A stretch of DNA of 64,000 nt from an uncultured Gammaproteobacteria bacterium (GTDB taxonomy: Bacteria; Patescibacteriota; Microgenomatia; UBA10105; UBA927), in assembly GCA_964609895.1 (NCBI GenBank), contig CAZSTG010000001.1, positions 59,202-123,201 on the forward strand. The letters run 5' to 3'. The translations under genes and the position numbers were made by a program. Shown here one piece after another: positions 27,345-36,880 of the stretch (the stretch's first letter is position 1; each line of letters starts with the position of its first letter). The notes under the pieces are model-generated. The model had not been told where the DNA came from. It searched no databases and saw nothing but the letters and a program-made list of their open reading frames with translations.

Positions 27345-27381
27345 TTGACAGATATTAGCACTCGTTATATATTACTGCTAA
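27345..27381 (+). promoter_or_regulatory. Sigma70-like promoter (TTGACA-17-TATATT) overlapping a CIRCE-like HrcA operator (TTAGCACTC-N9-TACTGCTAA)
   Basis: ttgaca 27345-27350; TTAGCACTC 27355-27363; N9 gttatatat; tactgctaa 27373-27381 (7/9 to GAGTGCTAA). Lies ~85 nt upstream of hrcA. Confidence 0.75.
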
Positions 27382-27463
27382 TTGTCTCTTTTTCGGAATC
27401 ACGGATGTATACAAAAAGAGGAAGAAATTGAGGCAAGAATGAACACATAAGAGGACAACTCAT

Positions 27464-28198
27464 ATGGAAACATCATTTGATCTTACGCCGCGGCAGGTTC
27501 TTATTTTAAAGGCTATTATTGAAGAGTACATTCAAACTGCTGAGTCGGTCGGATCGGAAACTTTGGATAAAAAATACAATCTCGGAGTCTCGCCCGCAAC
27601 AATCCGGAATGAAATGGTGCGGTTGACCGAGATGAAACTCTTAAAACAGCCGCACACATCGGCAGGTCGCAGTCCGACGCCGGCGGCACTCAAGTTTTAT
27701 GTAGAACATCTGATGAAAGCCAAGGACATGTCTGTGGCAGAGGAAATTTCCGTGAAGGAAAAGATCTGGGACTACCGGCAGGAAGTGGACAAACTGCTTA
27801 GGGAAGCGACACGGACGCTGGCGTCCTATACAAAGACGTTGGCAATTGCCGCGACGAAAGACGGGGACATGTATATGTCCGGCGCGGCCAATATTTTGGA
27901 TATGCCGGAATTTTATGATTATGATTTGACGCATGCACTGTTTTCCGCGCTTGATCAGGTGGATTTTTGGTGGGAACTGGTGGAACGACAACCTGAGACC
28001 GTCGATATTCTCTTGGGAGATGAATTCGGTGGCAGAGGGGCGCTTGGGGAATGCGGATTTGTCTTTAACAAATTTGAAACACCGCATGTGTCGGGAATGA
28101 TCGGCGTCGTGGGGCCGTCTCGGCTGAACTATCCGCGACTTGTTCCTGTTGTCCGGTATATGGGTGGACTGATCAAAGAATTATCAACTAACTGGTAA
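27464..28198 (+). CDS. hrcA: Heat-inducible transcription repressor HrcA (short, 244 aa)
   Basis: METSFDLTPRQVLILKAIIEEYIQTAESVGSETL...VSPATIRNEMVRLTEMKLL. HrcA winged-HTH N-terminus. First gene of the hrcA-grpE-dnaK-dnaJ order. Confidence 0.88.
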   Translation: METSFDLTPRQVLILKAIIEEYIQTAESVGSETLDKKYNLGVSPATIRNEMVRLTEMKLLKQPHTSAGRSPTPAALKFYVEHLMKAKDMSVAEEISVKEKIWDYRQEVDKLLREATRTLASYTKTLAIAATKDGDMYMSGAANILDMPEFYDYDLTHALFSALDQVDFWWELVERQPETVDILLGDEFGGRGALGECGFVFNKFETPHVSGMIGVVGPSRLNYPRLVPVVRYMGGLIKELSTNW

Positions 28199-28202
28199 AC
28201 AT

Positions 28203-28709
28203 ATGAAAAATACACAGACTTCGCCCAAGGCAAATCAGCCGTTGGCTGAAAAACAAGAAAACAAAAATTTGGAACTGCAAAAAGCAGTGGAAGAAGCTGA
28301 AGTTTGGAAAAACAAATATATTCGCGCACTTGCGGATTATCAGAATTTGGAAAAGCGGACGGAGGAAGAAAAACAGGAAGTTAGAGTGTATGCGACAAAA
28401 CTATTTTTGGAAAAACTGCTTCCTGTCATTGATACCTTGGAGATGGCAGATGTTCATATTAACGATGAGGGCCTCAGTATCGCGATGAAAGAACTGCATG
28501 CGCTGCTTGCCAAATTCGGTGTAGAAAAAGTGCAAGTATTAGGAGAAACATTTGATCCATACAAAATGGAATGCATTGAGCTTGTCGAAGGAGAAAAAAA
28601 CAAAGTTGTCGAAGTGACGAGTTCCGGATACGTCATGCACGGCAAACTTCTTCGGGAGGCAAAAGTAAAAGTGGGTGGAGGAACAACCACCAAGGAAGAA
28701 AAAGTATAA
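28203..28709 (+). CDS. grpE: Nucleotide exchange factor GrpE
   Basis: ...YIRALADYQNLEKRTEEEK...ETFDPYKMECIE...SGYVMHGKLLREAKVKV. Confidence 0.9.
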   Translation: MKNTQTSPKANQPLAEKQENKNLELQKAVEEAEVWKNKYIRALADYQNLEKRTEEEKQEVRVYATKLFLEKLLPVIDTLEMADVHINDEGLSIAMKELHALLAKFGVEKVQVLGETFDPYKMECIELVEGEKNKVVEVTSSGYVMHGKLLREAKVKVGGGTTTKEEKV

Positions 28710-28739
28710 AAAGTTTTTACGTTTATAAGGAGGCGTAAT

Positions 28740-30638
28740 ATGGCTAAAATTATAGGAATTGATCTCGGTACCACAAATTCATGTGTTGCCATTATGGAAG
28801 GCGGATCACCAAAAGTGATTCATTCAGAAGAAGGAAGAAACACAATCCCTTCCGTCGTTGACCCAATCAAAAATATCGTTGGTGATGTCGCTAAACGGCA
28901 GGTCGTCATTCATCCGGAATCCACAGTCTTTTCCGTGAAGCGGCTTGTGGGACGAAAGTTTTCTGACAAAAGTGTCGAGACAGACAAAAAATGGTTGCCA
29001 TACACGATCAAAGCAGGGAAAAATGATATGGCAGTGGTGGAAGTGGGCGGTAAACAATTCACCCCACAGGAAATTTCTGCAATGATTTTGTCCAAAATCA
29101 AAAAGGATGCGGAAAAGTATCTTGGTGGTACTGTCACACAGGCAGTCATTACCGTACCTGCATATTTTGATGACAGTCAGAGACAGGCCACCAAACAGGC
29201 AGGAGAAATTGCAGGACTTGAGGTGCTCCGTATCTTAAACGAGCCGACAGCTGCAGCACTTGCCTACGGACTCGACAAGAAAAATGCACACACCATCGCA
29301 GTCTACGATCTTGGTGGAGGAACATTTGATATTTCCATTCTTGAACTCGGTGAGGGTGTGTATGAAGTGAAAGCAACCAATGGAGACACGCATCTTGGAG
29401 GAGATGATTTTGACAAGCATGTGTTGGATTTCCTTGCGGATGAATTTAAGAAAGAACACGGCGTGGATCTCCGGAAAGATCCGCAGGCACTGCAACGGCT
29501 CCGTGATGCTGCAGAAAAAGCAAAGATTGAACTGTCTACTTCTCTAGAGACAGAAATCAATTTGCCGTTCATCACTCAAGGGAAAGATGGTCCAGTGCAT
29601 TTGGTCACTAAATTGTCACGGGCAAAATTGGAAGCACTGGTTGATGATCTCATCAGAAAATCAATTGAGCCGGTCAAAAAATGTTTGGCTGATGCAAAAA
29701 TTGATGTCAAAAAAATTGATGAAGTGGTCTTGGTCGGAGGAATGACCAGAATGCCAAAAGTCGTGGAAGTGGTGAAAGAATTCTTTGGCAAACAACCAAA
29801 CCAGTCCGTCAATCCTGATGAAGTGGTGGCAATTGGTGCAGCAGTGCAAGCAGGAGTCTTGGCAGGGGATGTGAAAGATGTTGTACTTCTCGATGTCACG
29901 CCGCTCACGCTTGGACTGGAAACGCTTGGTGCAGTATCCACACCGCTCATTCCAAGAAATACAACGGTCCCAACCAGCAAAACGGAGATTTTCTCAACTG
30001 CTGCCGACAATCAGACATCAGTGGAAATCAATGTTTTGCAGGGTGAGCGATCGATGGCAGCTGATAACAAGTCACTCGGTCGGTTTATCCTTTCGGGTAT
30101 CCCACCTGCACCGCGCGGTGTGCCGCAGGTTGAGGTAACCTTTGACATCGATGCGTCAGGTATTTTGAATGTCACTGCAAAAGACAAAGCAACCGGAAAA
30201 GTGAGCACGATTAAGATCACTGGTTCCACAGGACTTTCCAAAGATGAGGTGGAAAAGATGAAAAAAGAAGCGGAAGAACATGCTGCGGAAGATACGGAGA
30301 AGAAAGAAAAGATTGAGGTGAAGAATCGTGCGGAAAACTCCATCTATGTTGCCGAAAAAACCATCAAGGATGCAGGTGACAAAGCAAAACCGGAAGACAA
30401 AACTGCGGTTGAGGAAAAAATTAAAGCCTTAAAAGATATCCTTGAAACTGGTAGCAAAGAGGATTTGGAAGCAAAAACCAATGAACTGTCAGAGGTGATA
30501 CAAAAAGTAGGTGCTTCCATGTATCAAAAACCGGAAGGCACGCCGGAAGGGCAACCTGCAGGAGAAGAACCGAAAGCAGAAGAAGCGGGTGCAGCAAAAG
30601 ACGAGAAAAAGGTTGAAGAAGGCGAAGTCGTGAGCTAA
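28740..30638 (+). CDS. dnaK: Chaperone DnaK (Hsp70)
   Basis: [22 protein letters not shown]...[12 protein letters not shown]...[12 protein letters not shown]... SD aaggagg 28722-28728. Confidence 0.97.
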   Translation: MAKIIGIDLGTTNSCVAIMEGGSPKVIHSEEGRNTIPSVVDPIKNIVGDVAKRQVVIHPESTVFSVKRLVGRKFSDKSVETDKKWLPYTIKAGKNDMAVVEVGGKQFTPQEISAMILSKIKKDAEKYLGGTVTQAVITVPAYFDDSQRQATKQAGEIAGLEVLRILNEPTAAALAYGLDKKNAHTIAVYDLGGGTFDISILELGEGVYEVKATNGDTHLGGDDFDKHVLDFLADEFKKEHGVDLRKDPQALQRLRDAAEKAKIELSTSLETEINLPFITQGKDGPVHLVTKLSRAKLEALVDDLIRKSIEPVKKCLADAKIDVKKIDEVVLVGGMTRMPKVVEVVKEFFGKQPNQSVNPDEVVAIGAAVQAGVLAGDVKDVVLLDVTPLTLGLETLGAVSTPLIPRNTTVPTSKTEIFSTAADNQTSVEINVLQGERSMAADNKSLGRFILSGIPPAPRGVPQVEVTFDIDASGILNVTAKDKATGKVSTIKITGSTGLSKDEVEKMKKEAEEHAAEDTEKKEKIEVKNRAENSIYVAEKTIKDAGDKAKPEDKTAVEEKIKALKDILETGSKEDLEAKTNELSEVIQKVGASMYQKPEGTPEGQPAGEEPKAEEAGAAKDEKKVEEGEVVS

Positions 30639-30665
30639 AAAAAGAAAAAAATAGTATTTTGGAAG

Positions 30666-30700
30666 CATCCCGCGAATTTGTTCATGCGGGATGTTTCCGG
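30666..30700 (+). terminator. Hairpin (8-bp perfect stem catcccgc/gcgggatg, 12-nt loop) followed by a T-rich tract, between dnaK and dnaJ. Candidate partial intrinsic terminator.
   Basis: catcccgc (30666-30673) ... gcgggatg (30686-30693) then tttccggttt. Confidence 0.5.
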
Positions 30701-30720
30701 TTTATATATAATGTATCGTT

Positions 30721-31620
30721 ATGGCGAGTAAAAAAGACTATTACGAAGTATTGGGAGTTTCTAAATCAGCAAGCGCTGAGGAACTGAAGAAAGCATACCG
30801 CAAACTTGCGCTGGAATGGCATCCCGACAGAAACAAGTCGGCAAACGCAAACGAAAAATTCAAAGAGATAAATGAAGCATACGCAGTGCTTTCCGATACG
30901 AAGAAACGCGCGACATATGACCAGTTCGGCGCGGACGCATTTGCCCCAGGATCGGGCATGGGTGGCGGCGCAGGACAGGGGCCATTTGGCGGATTTGGCG
31001 GGCAAGGACCATTTCAGTATTCGTATTCTTCATCAGGTGGCAATCCGTTCGGCAACGATTTTGTCGATCCGTTTGAAATATTCGAACAATTCTTCGGCGG
31101 TGGATTCGGCGGAGCACGGGGTGGCGGCAGACAGCGAAGAAACGCCTATGAAATTTCCATTTCCTTCATGGAAGCGGTACACGGCGTGACCAAGGAAGTG
31201 ATGGTACCGAAAGGACAGGCAGGCGAGGGATCAATGAAAAAGACCATCAAAATCCCTGCAGGTGTCGATTCAGGATCCCGCATCCGGTTTGATGAGTTTG
31301 ATATCGTGATTTCTGTGCAAAAAAGCAACGAATTTGTGCGGGAAGGCGATGATATCGTCGTGACGCACGAAATTCCATTTACCAAAGCAGCGCTTGGCGG
31401 CATAGAAGAAGTGCCTACCATAGATAAGCCTGTAAAAATCAGAATACCTGCAGGAACGCAGGCGGGCACACTTATCCGGCTTCGCGGGCAGGGTGTGCCG
31501 CACGTCAGGGGTGGAGGTCGGGGGGATGAATACGTTAAGATTCAGCTCAAAGTGCCAACAAAGCTGTCACGACGGCAAAAAGAGCTTTTGGACGAGCTAG
31601 ATGCCACAATGCATGAATAA
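30721..31620 (+). CDS. dnaJ: DnaJ-family co-chaperone (J-domain + G/F-rich region + C-terminal substrate-binding domains; no CxxCxGxG zinc-finger repeats, CbpA/type II-like)
   Basis: [33 protein letters not shown] (J-domain, HPD). Gly/Phe-rich tract. No Cys-repeat zinc finger visible. Confidence 0.85.
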   Translation: MASKKDYYEVLGVSKSASAEELKKAYRKLALEWHPDRNKSANANEKFKEINEAYAVLSDTKKRATYDQFGADAFAPGSGMGGGAGQGPFGGFGGQGPFQYSYSSSGGNPFGNDFVDPFEIFEQFFGGGFGGARGGGRQRRNAYEISISFMEAVHGVTKEVMVPKGQAGEGSMKKTIKIPAGVDSGSRIRFDEFDIVISVQKSNEFVREGDDIVVTHEIPFTKAALGGIEEVPTIDKPVKIRIPAGTQAGTLIRLRGQGVPHVRGGGRGDEYVKIQLKVPTKLSRRQKELLDELDATMHE

Positions 31621-31650
31621 TTGACGATATTTTCGCTTCTGTGCTATACT
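31621..31650 (+). promoter_or_regulatory. Candidate sigma70-like promoter TTGACG-18-TATACT upstream of nusA
   Basis: ttgacg 31621-31626; tatact 31645-31650. Confidence 0.4.
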
Positions 31651-31673
31651 ACCTGATAGTTGAAGTGTTTGTG

Positions 31674-31700
31674 AGGTGGGCCTGAAACCCGCCTTTTTTT
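31674..31700 (+). terminator. Hairpin with a G·U wobble (GGUGGG/CCCGCC) plus a T7 run. Terminator of dnaJ or an attenuator in the nusA leader.
   Basis: aggtgggcctgaaacccgcc followed by ttttttt (31694-31700). Confidence 0.5.
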
Positions 31701-31719
31701 ATAAATAAGGAATAAACAT

Positions 31720-32835
31720 ATGCCAGCAACAGTCAGAAGCGAATTTTCACTCGCATTAAACCAAGTAGCAACCGAACGCGGACTCGATCCGAAAATTGTT
31801 CTCGAAACAATCCGTGCCGCCATTCTTGCCGCATATCGCAAGGATTACGGCTCCGATGAACTCGATCTGTATACAGTTGAGGTTGATGGAGATACAGGGG
31901 AGGCAAAAGTCCTCAAAGAAGGCAAAGATGTCACTCCTCCAGGATTTGGCCGCATTGCGGCGCAAACTGCTAAACAAGTCATTTTACAGAGAATTCGAGA
32001 AGCGGAAAAGCAGGCGGTGCTTTCCGACTATCAGACAAAAATTGGCAATATCGTTCCAGGAATGATTCTTCGTTTTGACGGACCGAATGTCGTTGTCGAC
32101 ATCGGCAGAACGCAGGCAATCATGCCTGTATCCGAACAGAATCAGGGCGAACGCTATCACTTAAATCAGCGACTGACTTTTTATATCGATGGTATTCGTG
32201 AAACACCACGTGGGAACGAAATTATCGTTTCTCGTGCTAGCAAAGGCTTGGTCGAAGGATTGTTTGCGAGAGAAGTACCAGAAGTTGCGCAGGGCGCAGT
32301 TGAACTTCGGACAGTGGTCAGAGAAGCGGGCGGACGCACTAAAGTAGCAGTATTTTCCAAACAATCAGGTGTTGATCCAGTGGGATCTTGTGTCGGACAA
32401 AAAGGTGTGCGTGTGACAGCGGTCATCAACGAACTTGGTGGCAACGAAAAAGTGGACATTATCCAATGGAGTGATGAGCCAAAGGCATTTATCATTGCAG
32501 CCTTAGCTCCCGCAAAAGACATGGATGTCACGCTTGATGAGGCGACCAAAACAGCAACAGTCAAAGTACCGGAAGATCAGTTGTCTCTTGCCATCGGCCG
32601 TGACGGACAAAATGTCAGACTTGCGGCAAAACTGACAGGGTGGAAAATTGATATTCAAGGAAAAGAAGGTACAAAACCGGTCGCTGACGTGGTAACACCG
32701 GAAACCACAAATGTGGAAGTGGCAGAACCCGTCAAGGAAGAACAACCGGTAGAGAAAAAAGAAGAGGAAGCACCGGCAGAAACACTAGAAGAACCGAAAG
32801 CAGACGTTGCAGTTCCAGCAAATACGACGGAATAA
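31720..32835 (+). CDS. nusA: Transcription termination/antitermination factor NusA
   Basis: ...LALNQVATERGLDPKIVLETIRAAILAAYRK..., S1 and two KH regions (VGSCVGQKGVRV...; LAIGRDGQNVRLAAKLTGWKIDI), acidic C-terminal tail. Confidence 0.92.
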   Translation: MPATVRSEFSLALNQVATERGLDPKIVLETIRAAILAAYRKDYGSDELDLYTVEVDGDTGEAKVLKEGKDVTPPGFGRIAAQTAKQVILQRIREAEKQAVLSDYQTKIGNIVPGMILRFDGPNVVVDIGRTQAIMPVSEQNQGERYHLNQRLTFYIDGIRETPRGNEIIVSRASKGLVEGLFAREVPEVAQGAVELRTVVREAGGRTKVAVFSKQSGVDPVGSCVGQKGVRVTAVINELGGNEKVDIIQWSDEPKAFIIAALAPAKDMDVTLDEATKTATVKVPEDQLSLAIGRDGQNVRLAAKLTGWKIDIQGKEGTKPVADVVTPETTNVEVAEPVKEEQPVEKKEEEAPAETLEEPKADVAVPANTTE

Positions 32836-32871
32836 ACGTATGAGCGGATCAATTGTTACGAGTGAAGGAAT

Positions 32872-34326
32872 ATGGCCAAAAAAGACAAAGCACCAGAGAG
32901 TACTCAATTTCGACCGCCGATCGTTGCGGTATTAGGCCACGTTGACCACGGCAAAACTTCCTTGTTAGACTACATCAGAAAATCCCATGTTGCGGCAGGG
33001 GAACATGGCGGTATTACACAGGCCATCGGTGCATATCAGATTCCGGGAATTACCTTCATCGATACGCCGGGGCACGAAGCATTTGCAAAAATGCGTTCCC
33101 GTGGTGCCATGGTGTCTGATATTGCAATTCTTGTAGTTGCAGCCGATGACGGCGTGATGCCGCAGACAAAAGAATCCATTCGGATGATCCAGGAAGCGGG
33201 AGTTACGATGATCGTTGCCATCAACAAAATTGACATGGAAGCGGCAAACGTGGATAAGGTAAAACAGGATTTGGCGAGAAACGGCGTACAAGTGGAAGGA
33301 TTCGGTGGAGATATTCCCTGTGTTTCCGTTTCCGCAAAAGCAGGGACGGGTGTCAAAGAACTTCTCGACACGATTAAAGTTGCTGCAGAAATGAAAGAAC
33401 TGAAAAATGAGCCCGACGCACCAATGGAAGCAGTTGTCATCGAAAACAGAATCGATAAAGGCAAGGGTATGGTGGCAACAGTTGTTGTGAAAAAGGGAAC
33501 ACTCAAATTTGGAAGTCCATTGTTTGACGGCGAGAAACAGGTGGCAAAAGTGAGAGCAATGTTTGATGAAAACGGCACGGGCGTCGCTGCTGCCGGCCCT
33601 TCCAAGCCGGTCGAAGTTTTGGGGTTTACCGCACTTCCACAGGTGGGCGCAGTGTTGACGACTGTGGCTGTTGCCAAAGCAGAAGTGGCACAAGACAAAA
33701 CAGTAGATAGTGCACAATCTGTTGCTGATTTCTTGGCGGCTATGAACGGCAAGAAAAAACTTGCCATCATCGTGAAAGCGGATGTGTACGGATCACTGGA
33801 GGCAATTCTTGAGGCACTTGGCGATGATGTCGATATCGTGACAGCGGGTGTTGGAGAGATCAACGATGCGGATGTTTTGATGGCTAAATCCACGGGCGCA
33901 TTTGTCATCGGATTTAATGTGAAACTCAAGCAGGAAATCGAAAAACTTGCACAGATAGAAGGCGTCATCTGCAGAACATACACGATTATCTATGAACTGC
34001 TCGACGAACTACATGACGTTATCGAAGGCGCTATGGAAGTCATCTCCAAAGAGCGCGAACTGGGTACTGCCAGAATTCTTGCGGAATTTCCATTCTCGGG
34101 CGTGCGGATTGCGGGTATCAAAGTGCTTTCCGGTCGTATCGCCAAAGGCGATCAGGTAAAAGTTATGCGGAAAGAGGAAGAAATCGGACGTGCAAAGATC
34201 AAATCTGTCAGGCACGGGAAAGAGGAAGAAACACGTATGGATGTGGGAGATGAATGCGGATTGTTGTTTGATAAAATCGTTGATTTCGCGATTGGCGATG
34301 ATATAATTGCGTTTACGAACCATTAA
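32872..34326 (+). CDS. infB: Translation initiation factor IF-2 (short form lacking the long N-terminal region)
   Basis: PPIVAVLGHVDHGKTSLLDYIRKS...ITFIDTPGHEAF...NKID (G1-G4 GTPase motifs). C-terminal beta-barrel domains. Confidence 0.92.
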   Translation: MAKKDKAPESTQFRPPIVAVLGHVDHGKTSLLDYIRKSHVAAGEHGGITQAIGAYQIPGITFIDTPGHEAFAKMRSRGAMVSDIAILVVAADDGVMPQTKESIRMIQEAGVTMIVAINKIDMEAANVDKVKQDLARNGVQVEGFGGDIPCVSVSAKAGTGVKELLDTIKVAAEMKELKNEPDAPMEAVVIENRIDKGKGMVATVVVKKGTLKFGSPLFDGEKQVAKVRAMFDENGTGVAAAGPSKPVEVLGFTALPQVGAVLTTVAVAKAEVAQDKTVDSAQSVADFLAAMNGKKKLAIIVKADVYGSLEAILEALGDDVDIVTAGVGEINDADVLMAKSTGAFVIGFNVKLKQEIEKLAQIEGVICRTYTIIYELLDELHDVIEGAMEVISKERELGTARILAEFPFSGVRIAGIKVLSGRIAKGDQVKVMRKEEEIGRAKIKSVRHGKEEETRMDVGDECGLLFDKIVDFAIGDDIIAFTNH

Positions 34327-34350
34327 CCCAGCCGCTCGCGAGCAGCTGGG
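34327..34350 (+). other. 24-nt GC-rich near-perfect palindrome/hairpin immediately after the infB stop (no T-tract)
   Basis: cccagccgctcgcgagcagctggg. 22/24 self-complementary, with an internal perfect palindrome gctcgcgagc. Confidence 0.6.
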
Positions 34351-34377
34351 CTAGGTCTGCCCCACAAATGTGCTTTT

Positions 34378-35343
34378 ATGGATGAAGCAACACAGACAGA
34401 TATTCTTCGAATCAAAGACCTCACTGCGCAGGCAAAAGATGTTTTAATCCTCACACATAAAGACCCAACAGCTGACGGCATCGGAAGTGCACTGGCACTG
34501 TATGTTGCGATGAAAAATGCAGGGAAGCATGTGGTGATTGGCTGTCCGACACCGATGATTGTGGAATTTTCCTCGTTTGTGGGTGCGGACAAAGTGGAAA
34601 CTAAATTTTCCAAGAAAAACTTTGTTATTTCCCTCGACTATGAGGACGGATCCATCGATAAGGTGACGTACAACATCGAAGGACAGAAATTTAACCTCAT
34701 TATTGAGCCGCGTCCGGGGTTTGAAAACTTCAATGAAGAGCATGTAAGTTTTCATCACAAGGGAACTGCGGCTGATGTCATTTTTATCATCGACACCATG
34801 CACCTCGGTGAACTGGGAGAATTGTATGAAGGGGAGAAGGAACTGTTTGCAACACGACCGATCATCAATATCGACAAACATATTGAGAACGCAAAATATG
34901 GTGCAGTAAACATTATCGATCATGCGGCAACAACAGCAGAACTTGTGGCAACGGTGATGTCGGAAATTGGCACACCACTGACGGAAGACATCGCAACAAA
35001 CCTTTTAAATGCAATCTACAGCGCATCAAATAATTTTCAAGAAATTACTGCGCGGACATTTGAAGTGGCAGCAGCGTGTGTGAAAGCAGGAGGAAAACGA
35101 TTCCCCACTGAACTGCCCGTTGCGCCGGAATTTATCAAAGAACTTTCCCAACCTGTTGTTGATGAAAAACCACAGGAAGTTGCAGCACCTCAGCCTCAGC
35201 CAAAGCCTGATCGTCCTTTGGACGATGCAGCTCAAACGATTTCCGCTCCACCTATTGAACCTGAAAAAACGCCTGCACAACCTCAAAATCCGCCGGAAGA
35301 TTGGTTAAAACCAAAGATATTTAAGAGTTCATCGATTGCTTAA
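34378..35343 (+). CDS. DHH-family phosphoesterase (NrnA-like nanoRNase / pAp phosphatase) with a Pro/Gln-rich C-terminal tail
   Basis: ...LILTHKDPTADGIGSALAL (DHH motif II context)...IIDHAATTAEL..., C-terminus ...PQEVAAPQPQPKPDRP...PAQPQNPPEDW. Confidence 0.7.
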   Translation: MDEATQTDILRIKDLTAQAKDVLILTHKDPTADGIGSALALYVAMKNAGKHVVIGCPTPMIVEFSSFVGADKVETKFSKKNFVISLDYEDGSIDKVTYNIEGQKFNLIIEPRPGFENFNEEHVSFHHKGTAADVIFIIDTMHLGELGELYEGEKELFATRPIINIDKHIENAKYGAVNIIDHAATTAELVATVMSEIGTPLTEDIATNLLNAIYSASNNFQEITARTFEVAAACVKAGGKRFPTELPVAPEFIKELSQPVVDEKPQEVAAPQPQPKPDRPLDDAAQTISAPPIEPEKTPAQPQNPPEDWLKPKIFKSSSIA

Positions 35344-35346
35344 AAT

Positions 35347-35682
35347 ATGTTTAAGCTGCAGAAAATAGTTCCAATAATTAAAGAATTGTTGAGGTACTTT
35401 GCGTTTTTAGTAGAAGAAATTCCTAACATCTTAACTATTATTGTCGTTCCAACATTTTTAGGAATGTTTGTTTTACTTCCCAACATAAATAATTGGATTT
35501 CAAGTATTATTACAGTTCTTTTAATGCTTTTTTTATTCGTTCGAAGTTTTAGATATTTAAATGTTAAAAATTTAAGTACCCTATGGATGGTGTATTTAGG
35601 AATTACAGGTTTTGCCTTATTTATGTTTGAAGCATGTGTGATACTTGTCGCGATTGAAAATGCTAAATTGAATTTTAAATAA
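35347..35682 (+). CDS. Small hydrophobic membrane protein at the start of the AT-rich island
   Basis: 111 aa, 3 predicted TM helices. The AT-rich composition matches the downstream R-M genes. Confidence 0.4.
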   Translation: MFKLQKIVPIIKELLRYFAFLVEEIPNILTIIVVPTFLGMFVLLPNINNWISSIITVLLMLFLFVRSFRYLNVKNLSTLWMVYLGITGFALFMFEACVILVAIENAKLNFK

Positions 35683-35730
35683 TTCGGATTTTTAAATTTT
35701 TACAATTTCTATTCATAGAAATTCTTTAGA

Positions 35731-35759
35731 TTCACCCAAAGTTAGTAATGGGTTATAAT
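35731..35759 (+). promoter_or_regulatory. Candidate promoter TTCACC-17-TATAAT for the first methyltransferase gene (the -10 lies inside the annotated ORF start; the true start may be ATG 35772)
   Basis: ttcacc 35731-35736; tataat 35754-35759; in-frame ATG 35772 (MNKNFQSTKPIVIDLF). Confidence 0.4.
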
Positions 35760-36851
35760 GTAATTCCGATAATGAATAAAAATTTTCAATCCACTAAACC
35801 TATCGTTATTGACCTCTTTTCTGGTTGTGGAGGATTATCATATGGATTTTCTCAAGCGGGGTATGATGTTAGATTAGGAATAGATAATGATGAAACTGCT
35901 TTAAAAACTTTTGAATTAAACCATCCACATAGCAAAGGTGTAAATATTGATTTATCAGATAAATTTGCGATTAGTAAGATTAAAAAAATATTAGGTAATT
36001 CTAAGGTAGACGTTATTATCGGTGGTCCACCCTGTCAAGGATTTTCTTTAACAGGTACAAGAAAATTTGATGATGATCGAAATAAATTATATTTGTCTGT
36101 TATAAAGGCTGTAAAAGAATTAAAACCAAAAGCTTTTATGATAGAAAATGTAACTGGGATGGCCACCTTATATAAAGGAAAGGTAAAAGAAGAAATTATA
36201 AAGAGATTTAATAAATTAGGTTATAACGTCAATAGTCAAGTTTTATGTGCGGCTGACTATGGAGTACCTCAGATACGAAAAAGATTAATATTTATTGGAT
36301 TAAGAAAAAAATTAGGTGAATACGATTTCCCAATACCAACAAATAATCCAACAAATTATATATCTACCGCAGATGCCATAAGCGATTTACCTTCTCGAGA
36401 AAATAATATTGGTATTGAAGCAGATCAATATTTAAATAAACCAAAAACTGAATATCAAATTTTAATGAGAAAAAATTCAATTAAACTTTATAATCATGTT
36501 GCGACAATTCATTCTAAAAAGGTTATAGACGTGATTAAACTGGTACCAGAAGGGAAAAATTATAAAAGTTTACCAGAAGGCGTCGGCTCTCATAGAAAAT
36601 TTCATGAAGCTTGGACACGTTATCATAGTAAAAAACCTTCAAGGACTATCGACACAGGCCATCGTAATCATTTTCACTATAAGTATAATAGAGTTCCTAC
36701 AGTTCGCGAGAACGCCAGATTGCAATCCTTTCCAGATGTGTTTATTTTTCTTGGAAGTAAAACTCAGCAGAATAAGCATGTTGGCAATGCCGTTCCACCA
36801 CTACTAGGATATTGCGTTGCTAAAAAACTTTTACCTTATCTAAAAAAGTAG
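35748..36851 (+). CDS. DNA (cytosine-5)-methyltransferase (Dcm family), M1
   Basis: Motif I VIDLFSGCGGLSYGF; motif IV GGPPCQGFS; motif VI ENV; motif VIII QIRKRLIFIG; motif X GNAVPPLL. Confidence 0.92.
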   Translation: MGYNVIPIMNKNFQSTKPIVIDLFSGCGGLSYGFSQAGYDVRLGIDNDETALKTFELNHPHSKGVNIDLSDKFAISKIKKILGNSKVDVIIGGPPCQGFSLTGTRKFDDDRNKLYLSVIKAVKELKPKAFMIENVTGMATLYKGKVKEEIIKRFNKLGYNVNSQVLCAADYGVPQIRKRLIFIGLRKKLGEYDFPIPTNNPTNYISTADAISDLPSRENNIGIEADQYLNKPKTEYQILMRKNSIKLYNHVATIHSKKVIDVIKLVPEGKNYKSLPEGVGSHRKFHEAWTRYHSKKPSRTIDTGHRNHFHYKYNRVPTVRENARLQSFPDVFIFLGSKTQQNKHVGNAVPPLLGYCVAKKLLPYLKK

Positions 36852-36880
36852 CTAAAAATTTTAATTGCATCACGTTCAAT

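Noticed and set aside
32965-33983. Two long minus-strand ORFs (250 aa and 315 aa) inside infB
   Set aside because: Fully antisense to IF-2, which has unambiguous GTPase motifs. Ala/Ser/Thr-rich shadow frames typical of GC-richer coding regions.
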